A stretch of DNA of 49,260 nucleotides, filler included, from Catajapyx aquilonaris (taxonomy: Eukaryota): assembly GCA_000934665.2 (NCBI GenBank). It is 2 parts of 2 records of this genome, joined end to end, with 100 filler letters (N's around TTAATTAATTAA, not from the genome) between each part and the next. Parts side by side here need not be neighbours in the genome. Positions count along the whole stretch, not along the records: positions 1 to 24,425 come from KZ539364.1; positions 24,526 to 49,260 come from KZ539365.1. One strand, written 5' to 3'. This document shows positions 22,882 to 34,300 of the stretch, in pieces. Below the pieces are notes generated by a model, which had not been told where the DNA came from, made no database searches, and saw only the letters and a list, made by a program, of their open reading frames with translations. Within the stretch, counting starts at the first letter, position 1; each line of letters begins with the position of its first letter. The translations under genes were made by a program, and so were the position numbers.

Positions 22882-23200
22882 GTGGATACGTCTGTAAAAT
22901 CGGATCAGCGGGCTCGTAGGCAAACTCGAGAGTTACAGGAAAGCGTTACAGTCTATTATAACCGACAGTGCCCCTCCCTCTACGCACTGACGTCATCAAG
23001 GGATCAGGGGATCAGGGAGCATGCAGGAAAACTCGATCGTTACAGAAAAGCGTTACTGTCAGGGGCCCACCAGCGCAGCGGCCCCATGGCTGGGGCATGC
23101 AGGGGGGGGGGGGGGGGGGNGAGCTGGGTAACGCTTTTCTGTAACGCTCGGGTTTGCCTGCATGCCCCCTGATCCGAATTTACAGACGTATCCACCCCTG
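22882..23200. mobile_element. MITE with ~65-bp TIRs and an internal duplicate of the arm (hAT-like right end)
   Basis: GTGGATACGTCTGTAAAATCGGATCAG..AAAGCGTTAC / GTAACGCTTT..CTGATCCGAATTTACAGACGTATCCACCCCTG. A third arm copy lies at ~23009-23056. Confidence 0.78.
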
Positions 23201-23302
23201 CATGCCCCCGCCATTATAGTCGAGAAAAGTGAAGCATAATAATTATAGGTTAGTAGTATGTAAAACACTGGTCCCACCACAGTGGGGTGGTAAGATCCTA
23301 TA

Positions 23303-23430
23303 GGGGTATGCAACCCGCAATACAGGGCAGATCCCCCAGGGCTATGCAACCCGCAATGCAAGGTAGATCTTCCAGGGGTAGGCAACCAGCAATGCATGGC
23401 CGCGAGGGGTAGGCAACCAACAATACATTC
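23303..23430. repeat. Degenerate ~33-36-bp minisatellite, 4 units (GGGTA(T/G)GCAACC(C/A)GCAAT core)
   Basis: Four visible units. It is followed by an AGCTATTT-rich, GTTGCCA-containing TE remnant (~23455-23716). Confidence 0.75.
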
Positions 23431-24259
23431 AGCAGGGTTGCCGCCATTGTTGTCACACAGTGTTGCCATTAGTTGCAAATAACAGCTATTTAGCAGATAG
23501 CAGCTATGAGAGGATAGCAGATGGGGCGCGCGCGGAAATTTTTCTATAAAGCAGCTATTTATGGCAACAGCTATTTTTGGCTTAATAGCTATTTCTGAGC
23601 ATGATTGCCAGATGTACGAGAAATTAGCTATTTTTGGTGCATTCGGGTGGCTGATGGTTGGAAATATTAGATAGGTAAAGGCTAATTGCTAGTTTTGAGC
23701 ATGGTTGCCAGATGTAACATGTAAGGTTGGGGGCAGGACCATATATACCAGTAGGCGCTCCCCCTCCCTCTCAAAAGTGGGCCCAACATCTCCGAGGGGG
23801 GGGGATCACGTGACTTCGGGCAAAAGGGAGGCGGGAAGACTAAATTGACATGGCGCCTTATGGGGATTCCGACTATCTTTGCGCCGTCACTGTGAGGCGC
23901 CTATTGGGACTAAAAATATGCAATGCATACCAAGTGATAGCTCCACTCATGCCCCGTCTCATGCCGTACATCTCCATCCGAGAGGTTGAGCGGGGAAGGA
24001 CATAAAAAATCCTACACTTTGTCATTGTTTCTCGCCGTAAGTGCAGTTTGTGTCACTGCATCACTCAAACAACCACATTAAAATGTTCCAAATTTTAATA
24101 TGTTGTAAAGACAAGCTAACTCTGCATATTGCACCAACTCGGGGCCGATTATAGAGGTTGATTTAATTATTCGAAAATAAAAAAAGTGAGCATATGAGTG
24201 ATATCGGAACTTAGGGCAGCTTGAGTTAGGTACTGATGGATCAAAGTCCGTGCAAAACC

Positions 24260-24260
<1 letters not shown>

Positions 24261-24332
<72 letters not shown>

Positions 24333-24391
24333 GTAATAATAATAAGAGGCACAATTATTATTGCTGCTACTATTGCTGCTGCTGCTGCTGC

Positions 24392-24425
<34 letters not shown>
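24261..24425. repeat. (ATA)n, (CTG)n and (TTA)n microsatellites at a contig end
   Basis: Directly visible. They explain the poly-I and poly-N/C/Y ORFs. Confidence 0.95.
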
Positions 24426-24525
24426 NNNNNNNNNNNNNNNNNNNNNNNNNNNNNNNNNNNNNNNNNNNNTTAATTAATTAANNNNNNNNNNNNNNNNNNN
24501 NNNNNNNNNNNNNNNNNNNNNNNNN
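24426..24525. other. Artificial contig-joining linker
   Basis: Exactly 44 N + TTAATTAATTAA + 44 N = 100 nt. The 12-mer has stop codons in all six frames. Confidence 0.93.
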
Positions 24526-24690
24526 TATAGCCATAATTATTGCAAAGATTACTACCAAATCAATGGGTCACTCCTATGGAAAAGTATTTCATAACCCGAG
24601 CAACGCCGGGTATCCTGCTAGTAAGAAAATAAATGTACAAGTGTATGGATATAGAAGTCAGGCGTTTATCCCATCCCAAAGTTGTCCAAT

Positions 24691-24804
24691 TACATTGTAT
24701 AGAGATGCAAATATGCAAAATTTGCATATTTGCATCTCTATACAATGTAGTTTGGATATTTTCGGATTTGGGATCATTAAATGATCCCAAATCCGAAAAT
24801 ATCC
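24691..24804. repeat. Two adjacent perfect palindromes (24691-24749, 29-bp arms; 24754-24804, 25-bp arms; 1-nt loops)
   Basis: TACATTGTATAGAGATGCAAATATGCAAA-A-TTTGCATATTTGCATCTCTATACAATGTA and GGATATTTTCGGATTTGGGATCATT-A-AATGATCCCAAATCCGAAAATATCC. Confidence 0.95.
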
Positions 24805-24860
24805 GAAATCCGAAACACTTCCGGGCCCAAAAATTTCGGATAAAGTATTCTCAACTTGTA
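24780..24860. mobile_element. pogo/Tigger-type (Tigger4/MER46-like) transposon end
   Basis: ATCCGAAATCCGAAACACTTCCGGGCCCAAAAATTTCGGATAAAGTATTCTCAACTTG|TA resembles the recalled MER46-type terminus ...CCGAAACACTTCTGGTCCCAAGCATTTCGGATAAGGGATACTCAACCTG|TA. Confidence 0.62.
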
Positions 24861-27438
24861 TAACGCAGCCATTACTTTGGAAAATGTAATTATGTGCTAA
24901 TTATTGGGCTTTGTAAAAATGGTTGTGACTTTTCACATGCATATGTGGTCAGTTCCATTTGTAATTCTATGAAATAAACCAGATGAAAAAGGAAATAAGT
25001 GAAATAATTGTAAATAATGAGTGTGTGCGGATAGTTTTTATTCCATGGAGTTAAGAGGAACGAATTATATTGTTGAGTGTGATGATCCATTTTGCCCTGA
25101 GGTTGTGTTTAAACTTTTCCTAAATTTTGAATAGTCTTAAAATTTGAATGTGCCAAAGTGATTAAAAATTTAAACACAACTTGAGAGCATATAGTTTTAA
25201 ACTTTAAATCGAAGTACTTAAAAAATACATTTCGCGCCATCAAGACATAAAATATATAGCTTTAGAATAGTAGGCTTTAGAATAGCTGGGAAACAATGTC
25301 AGAAATATCAACAGTCCACATATAATAACAATAAAATGTTTTTGACATCAATAGACCCTGACTACTATTCTAAAGCTGAAATAATTCTAGATATAACCAT
25401 CTATCTATGCGTATTAAATTAGTGTAACACTGATTGCAAAGAATTTTAATTTTCTGCCAAATATTGGTCAAAAATATAATTACGTCAGGGCCCCTGAAAA
25501 TAAGGCCTTCTTCAGATGCTTTTACAGAAGGAAATGTTTGGTAAAAAATACTTTAATATGAATATTTAAATAATTTGAGTACTCCATGGAAGGGGAGGGT
25601 TTTATACCTTAGTACTTTCCAATAATTGGTAAAGTGACAAAGTAAATATGTAAAAAAAATGTGCCTTGTAACAGATGGTGAACTTCATTCATAGAGGCTA
25701 TACAATATCTTGACCACACGTGCCCTGCTGGCAATAATATTATGACAACCGTTAATGCTGATGGCATGTAGTCTATAATTATATTTTATATGAAATTGTA
25801 CATTTCTTCTCAATAATTCCAATACAATTTTATTTTGCGTCTTTTCTGAGAAGTTTCACACTTTGTAATCAATGGAAAAAGTGTTCACTTTAAAACGAAC
25901 ATAACAATTAAAATTAATTTTTATCCCCATTTTTCAAAGGCGCACTGCGCGGCGGAGCAGGTTTTATCCCGCCTCACATGCGTTTGAATCCCACTCACGC
26001 TTATACCTTTTTCATCAGTGTCGAGATGGCATCCGGCCGACAACATTATTTACTTCCCTAATATTAGTCCTATAAGAATTATTTTAAATAAACACCAGGA
26101 CATGATAATATTGTAAAAATATATACATAAAAATAGTTGAGCGGATAACAACAAAGAAAATTGATATTAGCTCACAGAATAAATGTGTTGAATGAATTAC
26201 CAAGTATCAATTTTGGCATCATTTGAACGACGACTAATTTCATATTGTTCCAGATATTGAACCAAATATTTTAAAATTGCTGGAGCTTAGTAATTAGAGC
26301 CAGAAGTCATTAAACTTTGATGTGCTTCTTACCGCACCCGTGAGGTTTAGATCCAAACTTCCATCCTGCTAACTAGTACGAAGAGTCACCATGATGTCAC
26401 CCACACATAGGCAGCTATCAGACTGCTGGGGGTGCAGGCCTACTTTTTCTACCTGCTTCTTTTAGTTGCATGCACGTGAAAGAAAAAGACCTGGTTGGTG
26501 GGGGGAATAGGACCAGGGGGAGGGTCACCGGAAGGGAAATTTGAAACTCAAGCTTCAACCCTTTTGGTATAGACTCACCCTACCATACCCTACCCTACCC
26601 TAACCCCCTCCTAAATTTCGACCTTAGGTGTGACTGGAGTTCCATATTATGCATTCAAAACTTTTTTATGTATTCCCCCTATTTTTTTTAGGAAGGGGAG
26701 AAAAATTTCCAGCCGCGGGACGGGGGTGAGGCTGTTCTTTTGCGAATCCCCTTCATACCCCCCACCCACCCACCCAGACTTTTTCCCAGGCTCTGAATGT
26801 GGTTGTGGCACCCTTTGGGTCCGATGGGGACAATGGAGGAAGGTCCAGGAGACAGGGCCAGGGGTGCAAAACGGGGGTAAAAGGGTTGCTTGGGGACACC
26901 GACGGGGCTTTTTACCCCGTTACTTACATGCATATTCAGTTCCCCCCCTTCGTGTCTCTGCCTCTTGTCCCACACTGCCTGTTTTAGGAAAGGTATGGGG
27001 ACGACATCGATTCAGATTGGAAGGGGCCAAAACAGTCAAACTAGAAAATCGTGTGCAGTTCCATTGATAGATATCAGATGACTCGCTAAGCAGCAGTCAA
27101 GGTGTTTCAACTGCCACGTAAATGACAAAAAGTTGTTTATTCTGGTTTTGATGTGAGAGAGACGTGACAATTTTCTACGAATTTTCGTCCTGTCTAAAGG
27201 TGATGAATTACAGCTTTTCTGTCAGTATAGGCATATATACTTTTTCTTCTTACTTGCCATTAGACTATATATACATGTACTATTAGTGTTAATACGTAAT
27301 AGTGAAAAGTATGACGAAAAACAGACCTTGAATTTCAAACGATCTCCCAACCCTTTCGTCATGACGCCCCCCTTTTCGTTTTCACCAAACACTCACACAC
27401 ACACCCCCCAAGAGTTTCTTGAAAGAAAATTTTATAAG

Positions 27439-27624
27439 ATTCGTGGATCACTTTTTGATAACTGATATCGCCCGATAGCAGTTATTTTTACTGCTATATT
27501 CGACCCCCCAGTGTGTTATAGAATGGGGCACATGGTTAGGGGCACAACAAGCTACAAACAAATAATTTCTATCGGGCGATATCGGTTATCAAAAAGTGAT
27601 CCACGAATTTGGAACACCCTATGT
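27439..27624. mobile_element. Tc1/mariner-type MITE with the left terminus lost
   Basis: 40-bp inverted repeat ATTCGTGGATCACTTTTTGATAACTGATATCGCCCGATAG (27439-27478 / 27569-27608, 1 mismatch). Right end GGAACACCCTATGTA. Confidence 0.75.
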
Positions 27625-27697
27625 ATATAAAAATTGGCTAGCCTTCATGTGCAATTGTGCATGCCTCACAGGAGTCAGTCGTATGTGATGCAGCGTA

Positions 27698-28085
27698 CGG
27701 TGTTTGCGAATTCGTCTGCCAAAAATATATGGGTAGTAGGGGGTGCATATGGAAGAAGCATAGCATTGGCCCGAAAGCCCTGCGACGACCTTGAAGTTGA
27801 CAATGGCTATCCTGACAAGTATGGATACCCGCATACATGCCTGCATCGCTGGTTTCCGGAGTCAGGTGGTTGAGGAAAGGTCTGGCAGAACGACCCCGGC
27901 AACCAGAGATGCAGGCATGTATGGGGGTATCCATACTTGTCAGGATAGTCATCTTCGATGTCAAAGGTCGACATCTCCTAGACGTCGCGTCGCGTCGATG
28001 GCCTTTCGGACCCACGGCATGCCTTTACTACACCCACCCCCTTACCACCCATATCATTTTGGCAGACGAATTCACAAACACCCTG
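27698..28085. mobile_element. Foldback Tc1/mariner-type MITE with ~165-bp arms
   Basis: TA|CGGTGTTTGCGAATTCGTCTGCCAAAA ... TTTTGGCAGACGAATTCACAAACACCCTG|TA. The inner arm CTATCCTGACAAGTATGGATACCC.CATACATGCCTGCATC is mirrored. This explains the mirrored ORFs on both strands. Confidence 0.88.
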
Positions 28086-28746
28086 TATACTAGGAGCCCA
28101 GACATATACAGTATTGTCTACTACTGTATACAGTTTGTCTACAATCATGGCTGACATCAATGTCCTACTTTTTATCCTGCCAGAAAAACAAAAATAATTA
28201 TGATATCTATATTCAAAATAAACAAGACAGTTATGCAGTTAGGAAATCTTAATATACATAAGATGTCTTTGCAATATGAATGGCATACGTCGCTGGAAGT
28301 CACCATAGCAAGTTTTATACTGTATACACGCCCCAGTTCTCACCGGATTATTGCAGGGAAATGCACGTTACTGTACTTTCCTCAAATTTACCAGGCACGT
28401 GGAAGTTTAAACTTATGAGAAAATATACCACCAGTACAGCTCATTAATTATGTAAAAAACCATCTTTTACACGACTTGGAAAGCCAAAGATTCCAGTTAA
28501 ATTAAACATTATATGAAAAGCAAGAGTCACTCGGAACACTGATGACATTTACATAATATATAGAGGTAAAGGCAAGAAACATACAATGAGAAATAATAAT
28601 ACAGTGCTGTACAGCTAGCCGAAAAAGTGATATTATGATATTGTTTTCTTAAGCGTTATTCTACAACCTTCTACACTTTTTGCTAAAGTATACATTTTTT
28701 AGCATTCCTATATATATGAAACATGTTTAATCATAGTAATACTCTC

Positions 28747-28902
28747 AAGTCAGGATATATAGGTAATTGGATTGAATTGTTGGGTTTCAGTTGTGCCAAC
28801 TAGCAGATTGTTGACACTCAGTAAAGGTTGAGTTGCCACAATCATTTGGCACAACTGGAAACCAACAATGCAATAAATTCAATTATATTTGTATCCAGAC
28901 TT
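28747..28902. mobile_element. Degenerate 156-bp hairpin/MITE
   Basis: AAGTCAGGATA..ATTGTTGGGTTTCAGTTGTGCCAA / TTGGCACAACTGGAAACCAACAAT..TATCCAGACTT. Confidence 0.65.
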
Positions 28903-29030
28903 TAGTGTCACCCTGCATATGACATTATGTTCATTAACAAATATGGTTAAATTATTTTCTGGTTTTAAAATTTTAAAAAATAATCATAGTGAAACAATTC
29001 TTTGGTAGCAATAAATTTATTGAGTGATGG

Positions 29031-29090
29031 AGATAAATATACTGAATATGAAGATAAATATACTGAATATGAAGATAAATATATTGAATG
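29031..29090. repeat. 21-bp tandem repeat x ~3 (AGATAAATATACTGAATATGA)
   Basis: Directly visible. Confidence 0.85.
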
Positions 29091-29451
29091 CCTAATTTTT
29101 ATTGAAGGAACAAGTTAGAATGGGGAGCAATATACTTATCGTGATTTTAAAATAAATATATTGCTTCCAGGTTTACAGGGAAATAAATGCAATCTATTTT
29201 TTAAATGTATCTGATTTTATCATTTTCTTTGAGATACACCAGGTTACTGCTATCTACGTCAAAATTAGATAATGCATAGACTACCAGAGGCATTTGTGTT
29301 CATGGTCACATACTCACAAGTCCAAGAAGAGCTAACTATCAAAAATTTACATAATGTGAAAAGTGGGTCACCTCTGTGATTTCAAAGGTTTTGTTTTGCT
29401 TTTCCGGATGCTTGTTCCATGCAGTGGCGGATCCAGCACAAGTTTTCGTGA

Positions 29452-29662
29452 TCAGGTCTTGACTAAGGTCTGGGGACGGAAGTCTGTGGTTTTACTGGAG
29501 CTGTGGGGACCAGTTCCAATTGTGGGGACATTTGTCGGTCCCCACAGTCTCACACACGCGAAGTGTACCATTACAGTGGGGACATGTGTAAATTAGTGGG
29601 GACATGTCCCCACTATTTTCATTTGTAGGGTTTCACAAAAGTCCATTTTTCTCAGCCTAGGT
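29452..29662 (+). mobile_element. Unclassified GTGGGGAC/GTCCCCAC-motif repeat, copy 1 (runs into an N gap)
   Basis: Colinear with 30783-30972. Both copies end in AAAAGTCCATTTTTCTCAGCCTAGG. Confidence 0.8.
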
Positions 29663-30049
29663 NNNNNNNNNNNNNNNNNNNNNNNNNNNNNNNNNNNNNN
29701 NNNNNNNNNNNNNNNNNNNNNNNNNNNNNNNNNNNNNNNNNNNNNNNNNNNNNNNNNNNNNNNNNNNNNNNNNNNNNNNNNNNNNNNGGGGGGGGGGGGT
29801 GTTGGCTTGAGTACTGTATCTCGTATGGGTTTTTTTAATGAGCGCAAATACAGGGGCGTGGGCAGAAAAATTTATGGGAGGGGGTAGGGGGGAAAGCCGT
29901 ATAGGGCTGGGAGCAGGCCCGCCGCAGACTAAATTTTTTGGGGGGTTCAAGGTCACACGAGCTTAGGTGAATGTGGGAGATTTGAATGGGTGTGTATTTC
30001 TTGAAATTGGTAGAACTTTTTCCGAAAAATCATGAATTAGTCATTTTTT

Positions 30050-30736
30050 CAGATTTTTCTAAATGATTTACGTTTTAAAATGCTAATAAATGTCTAAAGT
30101 TTTGGACCTTATAGTTTATTTCGATATGAGCTTCATTTGTCGCTCGGCAGATAAAAATATCGGTATTCAGTGTCATGTCAAACCTTCTCAATCATATCTG
30201 GAGTTACCGTTGCAATCATATCCCGTATATATGCTGGATATCTCGGATCCTGACATACCACACACATTATTCTTGACTATGATTCAAATAAATAATCGTC
30301 TCCTCATCCCTGAAACAAACTGCCGTAGGAAGTTTCCTATGTTAAGCCTCCCAGTGTGCGAAGTCTCGAACGAGAAGTTTCCCCATTCCTAGCCCCCCCC
30401 CCCCCCCCCCCCCNAGGAGCCCAGATCTTACCCCGATTGACTTTTTTGTGGAGATGTAGGTGTATGGGGAAAAAATCGAGCATCTCCCGAACCTATACGG
30501 GATAGGATAACAATGACATGTCCAGACATGTCTGAGCGGGTTAGGCCCGACACCGATTACCGTATTTAAATTTTCCGAACAACAAATGGAGCTCATATCG
30601 AAACAAACTCTGGTGCGACCAAAAACCTCTGACATTTCTTAGCATTTCAAAACTCAAAATCATTTAGATATATCTGCAAGTTTTCGAGGTACAGCATATG
30701 CGTTTAACATTTGGACATTCTTTTCCGATGACCCTG
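30050..30736 (+). mobile_element. Foldback IS630-Tc1-mariner derivative (copy 2, opposite orientation, left end lost)
   Basis: Homologous to 9537-10535. Retains SLPVCEVSNEKFP, RSPDLTPIDFF (the WPxxSPDLxPxD motif region) and TTNGAHIET. Ends GACCCTG|TA. Confidence 0.85.
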
Positions 30737-30782
30737 TAAAGTGTCCCCCCCATTCATTGATTGCTTTAAAAAATACTTGTGT

Positions 30783-31035
30783 TCAGGTCTCGCATAGGGT
30801 CTGGGGACCAAGGTTGGTGTTTTGACTGTAGCTCTGGGGACATGCTCCAAATTGTGGGGACATTTCGCGTCCCCACAGCAAAAACGCATGGTGGGATACT
30901 GCTTCAGTGGGGACATGTCCCCACAATTCCGTTATGTAGGGTTTTGCAAAAGTCCATTTTTCTCAGCCTAGGATAGGTAGGGTAGGGTAGGTTAGGTTAC
31001 GGTAGGTTAGGTTAGGTTTGGGTAGGTTAGGTTAG
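30783..31035 (+). mobile_element. GTGGGGAC-motif repeat, copy 2, with a (GGGTA/GGTTA)n tract
   Basis: Colinear with copy 1. Pentamer tract at 30968-31035. Confidence 0.8.
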
Positions 31036-31248
31036 ATCAGTTTACACTCGCTTCGAAAATGTGTGTTTTTCTTGCCTCCACAGCCTATGGGGCGCAGGAA
31101 TGTGTGTGCGTACATTTACTCAGTAAAATTCTAAGTTTGATCACATAGGGAAATGCCGCGGAAGAAATGTCCATTGCCGAAAATTGGGCTACGAGATAAA
31201 AAATTTGTCGCTCAAAAAATTTTAAGACCTAAGTTATAGCAATATTAC

Positions 31249-31305
31249 CTGTGTTCGCGCATGTTTTCTCGGAGTTCTCCAGTTTCTTCCCACATTCCAA
31301 AAATA
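31249..31305 (+). mobile_element. Old V-domain SINE fragment
   Basis: CTGTGTTCGCGCATGTTTTCTCGGAGTTCTCCAGTTTCTTCCCACATTCCAAAA resembles the core of the 12456-12724 SINE. A weaker fragment lies at ~39455-39490. Confidence 0.65.
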
Positions 31306-34300
31306 TATCTTCCCTCTCCTATATATACCAGATATAGGCTTAGTTGCTTTGCCCCCCCCCCCCCAACCAACTAACCAAGCAATATTACAGTAAATTACAT
31401 GTATCGAAAATCTAACAATGTACCATGTCCAATGCAACACCTTTTTTTTCTTTCAGAAATTTGTTGACATAATTTCTTCAAGTCCAGCGTATATTTTCAC
31501 AATTCCTCTCAAGGTGTCACATTTCAAGAGTGACTTATGCATGGTACACGAGAAAATAAATCCTATTATGATTTATTATAAGCATCTCGTTCTTTGCCAA
31601 CTTGGTGACATTCAAACCTCATTTTCATCTTGTGGGCTGAATACATTTGGACGTTCCATACAATAAATCAAAGTATATTTTTGATCTTATATGCGCAATT
31701 ACGCATGTCTTATTAAGTAATAACTGAGTATTAATGCCACAGAAAAATTTTATGCACATACATATCAATATAGCTATATCAAAAATTCCTGCTGTTAAAA
31801 AAAACATCAGGAAGCTCCAACCACTCTGTATTTTCAGCGACTCGTGAGCACGAGAATACCTGCCTAACAGTCACGGTATGCTCAAGAGTGGCAAAACAGG
31901 TAGCTCCTGGAGACCACCTGCTTTTTTTCAGCACCTTTCTTTATTATACCGGTCAGGTCAGACTCTCGTATCTGCCAAACCGGACACTGGCCCGTGACCT
32001 AGGCAATGTATGCAGAAGTATGTCACGTATCCGCACCTCCTTGATACGCGGTCAAGTACCGAAGTGTTTCAAAAAGAAAATATAGTTAATACTTTAGCAC
32101 GATAATCTATGTCACTGAATGAGGTAGTGTTAAATTACATGCCAAATTTAGCTCAAATTTAGTTGTTCTAATGGTTAAGAAATTAACGAAACAACTTTGT
32201 TGCGAAGTTGTGAATGTCATATGACTTTGCAATGTCTTATACACACACATTTTGATAATTTATTATTTTAAAAAAACAGTTACTGTGTGTGGTCATACTT
32301 ATCTAATGTTTATTCGACAACAATTTTGACACGAGTTATTTAAATATTAATATACAGCATATGTGCAATGTTTCGAAACTTTTTAATTTAGATTTTAATT
32401 TTAACTTTTAATGCGATTTTGAAATATGCAGTTACAGATATTATGATGGCCTCTTTAATTTTATAACATATTCATACATGACGATAGTTTTCGGCCATTC
32501 CGGATACATGAGAGCATACAGTATATATTCAGAAAACAAGGCTTTCTGATAGTCTCAATGGAGCATTGCAACCTATAGAAAAACAAAACTAGGGCAAACT
32601 GGGACGCACTACAAGTTTGACACTGTACCCCTTCAAGTTGATTATAACGCAGTCCGGTGGTGTTGCCAAACCAAAAGAGTGGAGGACTTTTCCCCTTTAT
32701 TTTTTGGTTAAGGGTTTGGTAGCAAGCCCTAGCCGTCTGGTATTTTGCATGGCTGAACCTGACGGGACGGAACACCTTTGTGCCCAAAGGGGTAAAGGGG
32801 TAAGAGTCGGGGGGACCTTCTGAGGGGGGTAACGCATGCAGGCGTTTGAATAAAAAGAGGGCGACGGACGCAAATGAACAGCAAAAGAGGAGGGGGGTTA
32901 GAAAATAGCAGGNGGGGGGGGTTTTAGAAGCTCGTGTTCAGCCGGCCACCGAATGGATGCATAGATGCAAAAGCAGGGCACAGTCTGCTGGAGGGCAAGC
33001 CTGCAAACAGCTCTGTGTGTTAAGTTGGCCTCCAGTGATGGAAGAAGACTAGGAAAGGTGACAAGGAAGTAGTCCAACAACAACCTCAGCTTCAGGATGG
33101 GTGCTGGGATTGAAAGGGCACCTTTGACTTTTGCTGCATCGGATAGTATATGGTGAGGCAACAGGAGGAAGTTGTTGAAATAATTAGAGGTGGACATTTC
33201 ACAAAAAAATGTGTTGAATTCAGGTAGTTTTATACACAGAATTTTGTAATCGCACGATACATTTTGCCACACAAATTTTTTTAGATAAATAGTATAGGGG
33301 AAAAAAACCCCCAATGCCTATCTACATCCAAACACCGGACATTTTGAACATCCTCACGGATTTTAATTTCCGTGATAAATGACTTGAGAAGGGATCTGAG
33401 GAGGTTTTTTTTCGCTCTTATAGGGAAAGAATTCCAATCCATAGCCCACCGCTTTCTTCATCCACCTCCCCCCCCCCCCCCCNNNNNNNNNNNNNNNNNN
33501 NNNNNNNNNNNNNNNNNNNNNNNNNNNNNNNNNNNNNNNNNNNNNNNNNNNNNNNNNNNNGGGGGGGGGGGGGGGATTCCTGCAGGAATCCAAGATGACG
33601 GCAGGGGGAATTCTCCTCTGGGCCTCGGGATTTATATTTGGAGTTTGCAAAGACCGGTGGGGGTGGGGTAGTTGAACTGTCTTCTTCTTCCCTAGCAGGG
33701 GCCTAGTGAGCCAAGTTAGGTTAGGAGCAGCCATCATTTTCCCTCTCTCTTTCGCTTTTGCCATTGGATCTGCCAAATCCCAGAGTAAGGGGCGCGGTCA
33801 CTCTGCAACCCTCGACTCCATTGGCAATCAATAACTGCCGCCTGCCTGCTACAAGTCCCCCCTCTCAAATGAAAATGTCGCCTCCTGGAAGCCATTTTTT
33901 TGTGCTTTTTCTTTCTTTCTTTCTGCCAGTTCCCTTCAAGCCAGCTGACTTCGCAATTGTTTGGGATTAGCTTGATTAGATGATGAAGGAGGAGGGGGTG
34001 GGACTCATGCAGCACGTGTGGATTCCTTGAAGCAGAATACAATCTGCTGACACCTTCGTAATAGCCAGACCCTCTTTAGAAGTACAGATTGCGTAATTGT
34101 TTTGGTAGTGTAGGCCTACTAATTTAATTTTAGTGTGTCGGTGATAACTATACGTAAGAAAGGTTGTTGTTCTTTTAAACTCCATATAAACTGGTCTATT
34201 TGCCATTTGTGCACTCCATTCGAGCCAGTTATTAGTAAATTGAAAAAAATATAATTAGGGCTTGACAAACAACCTGATGTACGGAGCGAGGGATTTAAAT

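Noticed and set aside
32120..32140. TGAGGTAGT, a let-7-like start
   Set aside because: It diverges after 9 nt and forms no hairpin.
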